A DNA stretch of 64,000 nucleotides from Klebsormidium nitens. Its lineage: Eukaryota > Plantae > Klebsormidiophyceae. Under the pieces are notes generated by a model. That model worked only from the letters and a program-made list of their open reading frames with translations, was not told the DNA's origin and searched no databases. The stretch's first letter is position 1, and the number at the start of each line of letters is the position of its first letter. The stretch is from the NCBI GenBank assembly GCA_000708835.1, contig DF237455.1, positions 1 to 64,000 of the forward strand. Direction: 5' to 3'. Both the position numbers and the translations under genes were made by a program. This document shows positions 44,567-56,800 of the stretch, piece after piece.

Positions 44567-47500
44567 CTATCGGTTTGCGCCTTGCAGGTTGGCTCCATTT
44601 AAGGTCGCGCCGCCTAGACGCTGCACATAGCAAGCAAGAATGTCAACGTTGTGTACCCACCAATTGCATATCCAAACTGGTGTTGAAAGAATCTCAACTC
44701 AAAGAGGCTTTACCATGTTTGCTGTAAAATGCTGTAAGCTGGGCTACTGGCCACGACAACTAATGTAGCATTACTGAAGATGATGTTTGGAGCCAACAAG
44801 TGGACTACGTCTCTCCTTTTTCGCCAGACGGAAGATGGATTTCGCAGACCGATCCAAATTTGGATCCGAACACCTCTTTACAGCCTCTCTTCAATGCTCC
44901 AAAAAAGGAGTTTATCTGGCAACCCAAGAGCTCTGCAAGCGCGTGCTAGAATCAGTCTGCCTCCAAGTCCTTGACGTGCCACTCCTGTAAGCGAACCTGC
45001 TGTGCGTTTGCAGGCACTCCAAGTTGACCCTGTGCTCTTTGAAAGAGGAAAAATACTGCACTTTCCTCAAAATCAGCAGATTGATACGACGCTTGAATGA
45101 GTTCTGTGATAAGAACGCTTACTGTCTCTCGCAGATCCACGTCCCGCAGATACGCCCTGGTCAGGTTCGCGCCCGTCAGATTCGCGTTTGCAAGAATGGC
45201 CCCCTGGACAACGGCCCACATTTTGTTCAGTCTAACCAGCGGAATCAAGCATTTTACCGATAATCCATTCTCACCCTAGAACCGAGCGGTAACAGTCCAG
45301 CTCTTGCAAATAGCTGCTTGGCTTTTGGATACTTCGCTGCCCCGTCGCTTGCCGGGAGATAGGTCTTGGAAACACAAGATATGAAGCGTACTTCCCCAGA
45401 AACTCCAAATTACGAGTGCTTCCAGAGCATCAAAGGGGAAGTGGGAACGTGGGCACGAATCTAAATGAGTGCCCGACCTGCACAACTGGTGGCGGAAAAC
45501 GCCTACCACCGAGTTTGATCGATTTGATCGGCTTCTGCTGGGTAGATGATAGCAGACTGATCGAGAGTGAAGGGCTTGAAGAGGACAAATGAAACAAAGA
45601 CGAGAAAAAGGAAACCCGAACAGATCGGCTTGACGAGAACCACAGATTAGGGATCCTATCTCCAGCCTCCTTTTCCCTGCCACTACATTGCCTCAATCTT
45701 TTCTTGAGGTCTTTGTATGCCCTCCAAGCCTCTGCTCTCACCTTCAGGTTCGCATTCTCCAGGTTTGCCTTTTCCAGGTTAGCGTTGGTTAGATCAGCGT
45801 TTTGCATGTGGGCGCTCCGCAGGTCCGCTCCGAACAGGCTCGCCCCCACCAGCGTGGCATCTGGAACGGAACAGGAACGGTAAGACCCGACGTCAGGTCG
45901 TCGAATGAGCTGTGGACGGCTCCATAACCCCTTATCGTTGCGGCTCGACTCCAAATACCGATTTCAAGGTAGAACGGCTTGCTCAGATAACCGAAAGCCT
46001 CGAAAGCTCATCGAGCCAGAGAATTCAGCACAAAAGTTGCTGGCCCGCTTTGGACAGGAATACGGGTACCGCGTTCGACTGAGATATCGAAAAAGCCGTC
46101 ATGTCGTTAGGTGCACAACCTTCCTTAACTCAAATCCTTGTTAACGTCCTGCAGAGCGAAAACCTCGTCACGAACGACAATAGGCAAGTCCTTCAGCTAG
46201 GCTTTGCATGCGTCGTGCTGACGTCAGCTCACCCATGCGCTTACGAGCGCCTTTTGTGGATGGTGCTGCTCTGCGATATAACAAGTTCGAGCGTCCATCT
46301 CGAGTAACGAGAACTTCCCACGACGGTCGAGCCAATCGTTTTGACATTTCAAGGCAAGAGCACGGCTCACTCGAAATGGACGTACTAAGACGAGGACCTG
46401 GAAAGGATTACGAATTGTGCTTCATGCCGACGTCAGCTCACCTTGCAGGTTGGCACTCTGCAGCGTCGCTTCCACCAGCAGAGCGCCCTTGAGGTTCGCG
46501 CCTGCGAAGTCGCACTCCTTCAGGCAGGCGTTGGTGAAATTGGAGTTCTCCGCGTGTGATTCCTGCGGAAAACGGCGAGGGTGGGGAGCTGTTAGCTGCG
46601 CCATGGAGGCAAGACGACATGGAGGAAAAACGACAGTGGTTGACAAGTAAGACGAGTCGCTGCTTTTGGACAGTGACTGCTGCGGTTATCGGTAGCTGGC
46701 CACGTCACAAATGTGAAGCTGCACTCATCACAGAACGTTAGCCGTTTGCCTAGGCAGTTGACAGCATAGGACTATACGGTTTTGGGTTTTGATATTGGGC
46801 AATCGTCTCTATCGCACATCAGAGTGCTTTCGAGCGCATCAACGGAAGTACAAGCGAAAGGAAATGAGAAATGAAAGCGGGACAACCCCAAACAGTGTAA
46901 CTTTGAAGCGTGCGAAACTACAAGAAGCACGTCTTTCAACAGCGTCTAAAACTATGACAGACCGCCAGCTCGTACAGGTCCAAGGATTGGCTCGTTGCAT
47001 ATAAGTTCGAAACCATATACATCTTGAAACAGGAAGCCTAAAAGAGGCGATTCTTTTGACAGTGTATGGAGAGGCACCGTCGCGTAGCACAAGCGAGCAA
47101 TGTTTTGACAAGAATGTGCTGCCGGGAATGGCGATTGGAGTTTGACAACGGAATGACGTACCATGAACCCCGTTAAGGCAGACACTCACCCTAAATATAG
47201 CTAGATGAAGGTTGGCTCGCGAAAAGAATGTGCGGGTAATGTTAGCGTAGCTGAAGTCCACTCCAGCGAGATCCTGCGAGGGAGAGGTTGACCAATCATG
47301 GGTCACGCAACACAAGAAAGCAGCGGAAGCCGACTTGTACCAAAACCCAGTAGGTCAAGAAGTCCTTCGTCTGGCAGACCGCTCAGCAAGCTCAGCTGTG
47401 GAACGGCCAGACGTGTCTGCTCGTTGCGTAATTTCCGGGCAAGCGTTTGTAATTCCTTGCTTAATTCAGACCGATAATGTCAGCCGATCTGGATCATTGC

Positions 47501-49903
47501 GGAAGGGAAGCGATATCCTGATATCCTGCAACTCTGAAGCCCTGTGGAAGCTTTACCAGTTTAGACAGGTCCTGGCCGCTGAGATTGACGCCCCTCAACC
47601 GGACCCGGGACTGTTGCAAACACATGATGACCTGCAATCACGAACAGGCTCTTCAAGATTGAATGGCCAAAGCTTGCGACACAATCACCACAAAAAAGCT
47701 TCGAAACCTTGCCAAAAGAGCTATCATGGAGCAGACGATCTTCGAAAATTAGCTTATAACCTTTTCGCACTATATATCCTGCAGCACAGCTTCTCAATCA
47801 ACGCTTCAACCTTGCCAACAAATGGCTGCGGAGCAGACGACTTCCGCAACGAGCTCGCGCAGAATTAGTGCAGGCAGCCATCTGCTTTGACCAACAAGAC
47901 TGTTCTCAAAGACTCTGATTCTCACAAGCAACCATCTTGCTGTGCTCCAGTCGCACCAATGACAACGGGGGTTGCATAAACGACAACAACCTCACAAAAG
48001 GTAAAAAGAAAGCCACACAGCGCCACCCCTTCGACTTGCACTGTCCCTCCTCCTTCAAAAGTCTTACAGGATATTGACTACCAGAATTTTTTGCTCAGCA
48101 AAGCGAGTTTCAGACCAATGGTTGATTGAGGAATTTGAATTGCATGCGTACCTCCTTCCGTGTTAGTTCAGGCTCGTCCTCGTCGGCCTTGCTTGTCATA
48201 TGAGCATGCGCCAATGCGAGAGCGTCAATGAGACCCTGCAGGGAAACCAGGCACAAACTTAGCTCTGCAACAAATCCCAAGCAGACCAGGATCTTGCTCT
48301 TAAAGTTCGTCAACATACTAATGGACATGTCTTTCTCAACCTTCAGATCGCATGTCTTTCCCAATCCTTTAAGCAAGCTGATCAAGACGGGGACTAGACA
48401 AAGCAGGTTCTTTATGTTTCATGAACTGAGCTACAGGATTCTGTTCTCACTCATATCGCGGGGTTGCATTTCAATTGCAAAATGTCTTGTGAGATGAATA
48501 AAAGAACTTGGCCTGAGACCCTCCTCTCCCCAAAATTTATTTCAAGGCTTGAGAAACTTACTCTCAACTGGAAGTACTCTGCCTCTCGCAGGAGCTCGTA
48601 ACTTTCCGCATGGTCTAACATTGGGACCGCCCCATCTCTGAGCCAGTTCAGGATGTGCCTGTGGAGAAAGAGATAATCTGCATAAGCAGGCAGAATGAGT
48701 TTCAGAATAGTGCGCAGGGTACCAGGAGATGTACAGAAGAAAGACAGCGAAGCGGGGGTTTTCTCATGCAAAGGGTACCATAATCACATCTGCTTTCATG
48801 ACCTGTGAAAGGGTCTAGACGTTGCTCTCAAAGGCAGGCACCTCGGTGGGCGTTCACCTGCTCTTTGACCGGGAGTAACAATAATGTCCTCCAAACGGAG
48901 ATGTGTGAGTATTCAAGCGAAGGGGCAATGCTGACTGTAAGGGGCAGACTCACCGAAAGTGTGTGCCGTCCCTGTCAATGAAGACTGTGCCCTGCATTTA
49001 GCAGCAGTAGTGCATCAGGTACTGAACCTTCTGCCGCTACTTTCCAGGAACCAGGGATCAAGGCTGTCCGCACACATTGTTCAAAAACCTTGTCCTGCTC
49101 CGAAGTACCATGTTCCTGTTTGAATACATCAGTTCAGACAGGAAAGCAGTGTGTATGCTTCAATGAACCCAAGATGTTATTATCACACTTTTTATTCGCC
49201 TTTAGTTTTCTTGCTGTTTTAAAGCAGCTCAATCTCAATACATGCCTCAAATGGCATGCGCTCAGGTTTGAGCAACTTGCCTTCTCCTCCAGCTTTAGTT
49301 TGTGCCGGCCACTGAACATCGCTCCCAGCATGGAATCGCTGTCCCGTTGAGTGAGCGTCGAGATTGTTGTGGAGAACCGCTTGCCTCCTGGCACCGGGGG
49401 AAGGGAGATTAGGAACACAGGGAGAGGATAAAATAGAAACATAAGATAATCAGGATGTTTGATACCAAGGAGTAGAAAAAGTGCCTCATCTGCAAAACTT
49501 GACGCGATGGAGAAAGTCAAGTATGTATATGTGCTTTAAAAACCTCCGCACACAAAGTCCCTGAGATATGCACGCTGTGGCCTGCCTGTTCCACAGAAAA
49601 GCCCTTGCAACATTGTAGGCTCAAGAAAGTGGTCCCTCCTTCTCAGATGTGCACTGCTGAAGGCAGACTGGCTGCTGGCTGTGATGTAGGAAAAGTACTC
49701 TCACATTGATCCCTCCTACTCAGGATTGCTCAACTGAAGGCAGACTGGCTGCTGGCTTTGAGACTAGAAACAGCTTCCTACACAAGTACATGCTCTCTTA
49801 TGAGGCAAACACTTCCACAATGCAGAGGACCCCAAAGCTCACCAACGTTCAGATGCACCGTTTGTGGCATGGCAGACGTGGTCACATCGTCCTCACATGC
49901 CAT
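44567..49903 (-). CDS. FIP2: BTB/POZ and pentapeptide-repeat protein (FH-interacting protein 2 homolog)
   Basis: Spliced: TVHLNVG|GKRFSTTISTLTQRDSDSMLGAMFSGRH..|GTVFIDRDGTHFR|HILNWLRDG..LLREAEYFQLR|GLIDAL..ELTRKE|VIMCLQQSRVRLRGVNLSGQDLSKL|DLAGVDFSYA.. then A(N/D)LxxA repeats ..AYLRDVDLRET|RLGGATLNGANLQGANR*. Co-linear with Arabidopsis FIP2. The start ATG is the nearest in-frame one; a further 5' exon is possible. Confidence 0.9.
49657..49758. repeat. 24-bp direct repeat in FIP2 intron
   Basis: CTGAAGGCAGACTGGCTGCTGGCT at 49657 and 49735. Confidence 0.8.
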
Positions 49904-50639
49904 CAGAAGGACTCGGAGCCTTCTTTCTTAGAGAGGAGGGGCACCCAGACAAGACCTCAGATTAGGGTTTGAACAGCGTCAGCATTGCACAAGCTCTCAA
50001 CCACGGTTCCAAACGCTTCGCTCAAGTAAGGGCACTGTCCGAGTCCTGTGGTGCCCCTTTCGTGCTGCTCCAATGCTGCACTCAAATGCAGACCGTTCAG
50101 CTTGACCCGCAAGGTCTATGTGAAACCCCTGAGGAACCCGTCTTTTGGGCCGCCCTCAACATGAGGTGCTGATGCAGCTCTATAAGGGCAAATGCCGGAA
50201 ATAACAGCCGCAGAAACCAGCAAGCACCATGGGCTCTCGAGGTAAGCGCCTGAACCATGGCCTGCTCGAGTGTGCTCCCGAAGCTCTGCAGGCCACCCTC
50301 CATTTTCGGCATGCGCAGGAAGACGCCTTTTGCGGATCATCCCTCAGTTCCTAACCCAGGACCCGTAACCAAAATCGATCCCAGACTGTCCGGTCCTCGA
50401 GCTGGGGGTCGCGCAGACCCGGGGTTAACCTGCTAGGTTAGAAACTCTCGCTGAGCAGCAAACGAGCACGCCTTCCCAGCAATTCTTTGCCCAACCTCGG
50501 CGAGCTGCATTCTCTGCATTTCTACAGTTCAGATCGCCCTCAAGGAACAAATCGTGGGGGGCGTCTTCTTTCCTCGGTTCCGTGGTTGGTTTGGCAACGG
50601 TTTGGGGTGCTCTCTGGGTGGAGATCGCGGATAGCCAGA

Positions 50640-50823
50640 ATGTCAACGGCAGCAGCGGCTCCCTTTTGGCGGACAGCGGGCTTCACGTACTTGCGATATG
50701 CAAACACGTGTGCCACCATGGTGCGGAGCTGCTTGAAGGAGCCGTACAAGAGCCAAGTGGCGGCGAGGGAGGGTTACTCATACAAGTTGGTCAAGTGGGA
50801 TAATGGGACGCAGCAGAAAGCAG
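50640..50823 (+). CDS. ATP5E: Mitochondrial F1 ATP synthase epsilon subunit, exon 1 (short last exon not resolved)
   Basis: MSTAAAAPFWRTAGFTYLRYANTCATMVRSCLKEPYKSQVAAREGYSYKLVKWDNG matches the epsilon family pattern W(R)xAGxxYxxYxxxCAxxVRxxLKE. Donor GTGAGC at 50824. Confidence 0.9.
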
Positions 50824-52450
50824 GTGAGCTTTTTGTGATTGTTGGGCATGAGCCCAAATCTGCATTTTACCAGCAAAATGTTCTTGATTGTCTCCTGAAC
50901 TGGACAACTGAGATGATTCGAAAGTGGTGCTTCAGGGCTTTTGATTGACTGTGAATTGACTCGGTGCTTGGTCTTACTGCTCGTGAAGAGAGAGGGTGTA
51001 TGTGGTTTTGTTGGCGCTTCCACCTCTGCTCTGCTGCCATGCTGCTGCATCTTGGGTCCTGATCACTGAATCTAGGGTTGCCACCATTCACCTGTGGTTG
51101 ATTGCTGACCAAAGCAAGATTTGTGGTTGGTTCCTTAAAGACTCCACTTGACTGCCCTTGACGTCTGAAAGGTCCGGACCAAGGTCAAGCTGCTTGTCAC
51201 AGCTTGCTAGTCAAAAGACCATTTGGAGAATTCTCTTCCATTTTCTGCCATGCCACAGAAACAAAGCCTTCTCAAAAAGCCGAATATAACTCCTGGCGCC
51301 ACTTTCGTTCCACCGTGTGCATTCATTGATTTTATTAGAAGCATAAACTCCAGAAGCTTCAATTGTCACCTTGGACTTTGAGTCAGGGTCTCTTGTTTCT
51401 GAGATTTCACTAATTCTTTGATAGATTCACCAACCATGATTGTATGCTGTTGCAATTTCCCGCAAGTGCCTCACAAGAGCCGTCGGCGCCCAAGCGTGTG
51501 ACAGAATGATATGATCTGCCAGATACATGTAGCGATTGATTGTTACGCTGGCCGTAATGCCTTCTTTTTGGGTGAAGGAAGAATGAAAGGCTTCGGAAGG
51601 CAGGATGTTCACAGAACCTCGGACTTCCACACCGAACACGGCGTTTGTCTTTGGGCAGAACCCAACTGATCCCAATTTTGCTCTCGTGCAGTTGTTCATG
51701 AAAGTGAGGCAGCGGCGCACTGACACATTCGTTTGATGTGCCACATGGTAAAGCCTTACATTTGCTAGCCCATTGACTGCTGTTTTGATACTTGTCACAA
51801 GAGACTGTACATAAAGAAGGATGAAAGGCTGACTAAAAGCAGGCCAATCTTGCAGCAAGAATATTTGATGTCATCTGAGTTGGATTTGTCTCCCACCTGC
51901 CCAATTTTATGATGAACGATACCTCCAGTAGATTCGTGGCATGTACGTTCATGATCCTGGTTACATGGTTACGTTTATATGGTTACGTCCTAAGAAGATT
52001 GAAGAAATGCAAGCATTGAACAGGCTTCTTCTTCTCGAAACGTCCAAGGAGAGGCGGTTGGCTGTGAACTTCCAAAAATGGGGTTGGATCATGATATTGC
52101 CACGCTTGCATGACGACGGGGTTTTCCCCACTTGCAAAATCCTAGGCCCCAGCCAGTGCGGCCGCATGCATCTTGTTGGATCATCCGATATAATGTCGAG
52201 TGGGCATACCTTTGTCTTTAAGGATTGTGCAGCTGCATACATGGTTGCCGCCCTCTTCGCGGAAAAACTGGACCAATGCAAAGTCGAAATGCACACTGCA
52301 ACTTATCAAAAGACGTCGGGCAAGTTAGCTGACTTAAGTTTAATGTTGACCTCATCCAGATCTAAAGCATGGCGGGCCGCCTTCAAACATGTCTGCGAAC
52401 ATACAATTGCCGATATCTCCATCAAAGCACTGATTTTAGCTTTGCCATGC

Positions 52451-53220
52451 GCGCGCCATGACACAAGCTACCTATGGTGGGTACCGGCCGAGTCGATTCC
52501 GACTCCGGCCGCCACAAAATCGATTTAGCGCGTATCGAATATCGTCAGTGTTACCGGCGGTTCGCGTCACGGCTACTCAGGTTTATGTTACTCGGGCGGT
52601 ACAAATACTCAGAGAATTTTGCCGGGCCGTAAGTAAGTGTGAGGAGATTCTTAAACAGTGTCAGGTTTTACACTTTGAGAGGAGCATCAAATTGGCACGC
52701 AAAGAAGAGCCATATGCAGGCTTATAAAAACCTCTGACAAGCAGAAAAAAATGTTGGGAGAGCGTCATGAAGGCTCCTTCGAAGCTCCAACATCTTGTTA
52801 TGTTGAGGACAAATCGGAAGAAGCACCATCGTGGCTGCAAATTGGCCGCCATTGCTTGCTTCTAAAAAGCGCCATTCCCTACACTCCCGTTTCCATCTTC
52901 TGCACTCTCCTTTCAAGTTAGGTACCGCGGTACTCTAGGGTGGTTCGAGTCGGAACTTCCGATCGAAACCATGATTTTCAAATTTCACGTACGGTCAGAC
53001 TTGATCGGTACCGTACCGCCGGAAACTCCGGAAGTTTCTGACGATCGGAATGTCAGACAGATTCTAATTTATGAACTCGGACCGGATTCTCAAGTACCGG
53101 TCTGCACGGTCGTCAGTACCGCGTACAGTAATTGTCGCGACGCGACACACCGGTGATTCAGATTTGTGACCGGACCGTCGCGCGCGATACCCACCATAGG
53201 TTGCTTGTGGATTGGCGCGC
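52451..53220. mobile_element. Putative non-autonomous DNA transposon (MITE), about 770 bp
   Basis: Inverted termini: GCGCGCCAtgaCACAAGCtACCTATGGTGGGTAcC (52451-52485) versus the reverse complement of 53186-53220, GCGCGCCAatcCACAAGCaACCTATGGTGGGTAtC (30/35 match). Palindrome-rich interior, no transposase ORF, no clear TSD. Confidence 0.6.
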
Positions 53221-53838
53221 CGACTAATGCATATTTTGAACGTGCGCATGAACTTCATACCTTTTTTGTGGCGCAGCAAAGCTGGCGCTAACTTCAATTC
53301 TTGCATGGGCCGGACGTGTATAGCAAATTAGATCATAGAACCATACATGATTATGCGCAACATGTGAGGGGGTGCATGGACCAGTACAAATATCCCGTGC
53401 ATTGGACGTGTGTGAGGGCCTGATCTGGACCCCAGCACGCTCTCAGAAACATGTTTTCGTCCAGAATTTGGCGATGTGCGAATTTCCATCTGGGATGTAG
53501 AAAATTAACGGGGCAACTAGCTGCACCGCATAGGTACATAATGCATGTCGCTCGGGAAGCCGAATAGCACCAACCGTCTAGCTGTACACTCGTACCTTCT
53601 TGAAGGCAACCTATTGAAAATGGCAGCAATTAACGATATGCTGTACATCTGCTCAAACACTGCAGAATAAACAGTAGGTTCCCTTAAGCTACATGTTACA
53701 AGGACGACGACGTTACCAGAAGTTCTACAGAAACTCTGATAGCCACCTGCCAAACTATCATTTCTGTATAGACTTGACGCAGATTACTGGTTGGCAAATC
53801 AAGGACTACACTCCTAGGTACCTTGACTTTCTATGAAG

Positions 53839-56800
53839 TTAAAGTAACAGAGCAGAAGGAATCAACAGAGTCAACAACAATCGGCTCCAACTCATGTACT
53901 CCTTCATTCCGGCCGAGGTAATGAAGAACGGATAGAAGAGATCGTCCGGCAAACTCGGCAGCAGCGGGGGCGGCGGGCGGCCGATCGCGTGCGCTTCAGG
54001 CTGGACACGTGGCAGGAACTTGACCGTGTTCTGGATGACGAAGGTCTGGGCCACGTTGGGTTGCGTTGCGTCTTGGAACGTCCAGTCTGAGTATACGAGC
54101 GTCACGCGGCTGAAGCTGATCTCGCGTTGCGGGTTGTCTCGTGAACCGACCTGGGGCAGAAAAGGGACGTGCGGTCGGAACGTGGTATGGGTTTCAAAGC
54201 CCTCTTGCCAAACCACGGTCACCATTGCGAAAGCACTTCGCCCTTTATCGAACGGAAAACAAGGAAGTTGAGAAATAGGGAAGAATAGTAATGCGAGGGG
54301 GAAAGGAGGTCTTGCCTTGCCGACGCTATGTTTGAATCTGAATGCAGGGTGCAAGATTCGGGTCGTCCGAACAGCGACAGGATCGAGAGATCGACTCAAT
54401 GAAAAGGTGAAGTTGACCTCTTTGCCTCTAGCTGTTAGATAAGGTGCGAGAGAGGGAAATCTACAACCATCTTCCGAGAACGGTGAGGCAGTGAAGCGTG
54501 TCTACCCTGACAGCTAGGACGGAACGTACTTATCCGCATGAGTAGGAGCAATACAAGCAACTGCTCAAGCAGCTTCTTGGTAGAGCGCTTGTTTCTAGGA
54601 CCCGCTTGACTTTGGCCGAAGTCTGCATGATCAACCATCCGTCGGTTTCTGCGAGCTTTTGCGGCTTGTATTCCAGTTCTGAAAGGGACCACAATAGGTG
54701 CCGACTCTCTGAGCTTATAGGGCTGCTCGCGCTGGCTTCCCCTTGTACCGTGAGCGAAACACCCGCAGCCGTCCAACAGAGAAGCAACGTGCTCAAGATA
54801 GATTGCATGATATCGCTGTCTGCCCGACGATTAGTCATCCTGACCTCACCGGCGCTTTGCTGCCATTAAAACAGAGAGCTTCCACAAAATGTTGGAAAAG
54901 AAAGAAGAAAATAGCGAAGACTCCTGCGCTTTCTCACCTTTGACACCAGGAACTCGTACTTCAGACCCGACGCGACCCCGTGACACGTCAGCAGCGAGGC
55001 GTCCCACGTCATCGCTGACGTCATCCCCTCCACGACCACCTCCCGCCAGTCGAGGACGTTGCTGGCGTCAGCACTGGCCCACGTGGCGACGTACGTGTCG
55101 TTGCTAAGAGCGCCGAAGAGGCCGCCCAGCAGTTGAATGGGCAGCGGGGAGGGGGGCGAGGATTGGCAGAAAGCGGCGAGCTGCGCTTGCGTCAGCGGAA
55201 CGCTGTAATAACGGAAACGGGTCGCTTAAAAGTATTTCACTTGCATGGAGCGTTGAGCATCGAAACGAATGCTTTGAATATGTGGAAGTAAGGGAAACGG
55301 TGCGTTTATAGCTTCCGTGGTATCTAGGCTGCGAAGACGAAAGCGCGATGCTCCTTTCGACCTGTTGTACAACCGACACCCTCTACGAGCTCTCGCTTCT
55401 AGCACTGCTTCCAAGCTATTTGCGAACCTACTTACCCGGTCCTCGTCCTGTTTGGCACCAATTGACCCCTTTGATCAGCTACAAGGGTGCACCGAAAGTA
55501 ACCCTTGCACGCGTTTACAAGATCAAGTTCTGAGATACGAAGCGTCAAGGTAGGGCTCTACGCTAAGCGGTGCAACCAGAGGTTACTTTACCTCGGCCTA
55601 CAACGTTGTCATAAGGCCAGAAAGTTGACCGACAGAAGATACTATCAGCTTCAGAGCTTTGCTCACCCGCATGACGTCAGCGAGTCCGCTCCAAACACCA
55701 CGTGGCTGACGTGGCTCGGGCCGCAGAGGCCGTCCGGGCCGGCGGCCGGGATCGGAAGGCCGTCCGTGTACTGAGAGATCGCCTGCTTGGAGCCGTCCGA
55801 TGACTTCGCGATCTGACCCGCCAACACAGGGAACCCTGCAGTATGTGCAAGAGAGCAGGTCGGCCTCGATATTGGCTTGCCTCTCTTTTACGAAGTAAAA
55901 TAGAAAGCTTTTGCATTCTATGAAACCGCGCTTCGGGCGACGCTGTACGACGTGGCTCTGCGGAAGATAGCAACGCCCAGTCTGGTCCCGTTTCCGCTTG
56001 ACCGAAGTTCGATGCGAAAACGTACGCAAAATCCCCCAAATGTCCCAGACCATGTTTTCGTCCAAGCCCAGACTGCCCCGCGCGGCGGCGCAGATTTAGT
56101 GCTACGCATCGTTTGCGGACGCGAAATTGCCGCCGCGAGATACCGTAACGATGTAACGTTTGACCTCGATTTCTCCGAACAGGCCTACTCTAAAGCCGCC
56201 ACGTTGCATGCCAAGGTCGAAATAGCGGCCACGTTGTGGTTTACACCACTGCCGAGCACTTGACACTGTGCAGTACCCCGGGCTTATAACGCCGAATTAA
56301 AAATCAAATCACCCTTATCTGCGATGGACTTCGTCAGTATTGTACGGGAAGGAATTTCACAACTGATCAAGGTGCCCGGAAAGAACAGTGCCGGCTAACC
56401 TGGTACGCACTGCCCAACCACCGCGGGTGCATACCGCAAGGTGGTGTACGGACTAAGTTTAGCGTGTGCGCGCGCAAGCGCACGACCTTTGTGAATTAAT
56501 CCATTTAAATTGTTTTACGCCACACAATGCAATTTTAAAATTCTGCCCAGTAGCACCACAGAGAGGCAAGCCCCCGCCGCCCTCCTGGGCGGTCTACCAT
56601 GTTAGTTTGTCAAAAGTCCGTTGAACCTTCCATGAAAGATCATGTGTGGTACGGGTAATGTTTCGCTTGCGCCGTGGCGTGATGGATATGGAAGTCCTGC
56701 ACCCAGGCTCAGAGATTCTCGAACACTTGACTTGCGTAAAGGGCATACGAATACGTCTCGAGTAACTTTGTCAGAGGCACCATTTGTCGTGTCCTAACTT

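Noticed and set aside
51060-51870. Several candidate second exons for ATP synthase epsilon
   Set aside because: Multiple AGs give short phase-compatible tails and none could be chosen from sequence alone.
52940-52955. GGTTCGAGTC B-box-like word
   Set aside because: No A-box or tRNA structure; it is part of the MITE interior.
53450-56065. Shared 14-mer CATGTTTTCGTCCA at about 53450 and 56051
   Set aside because: Flanks do not align; too short to define a repeat family.
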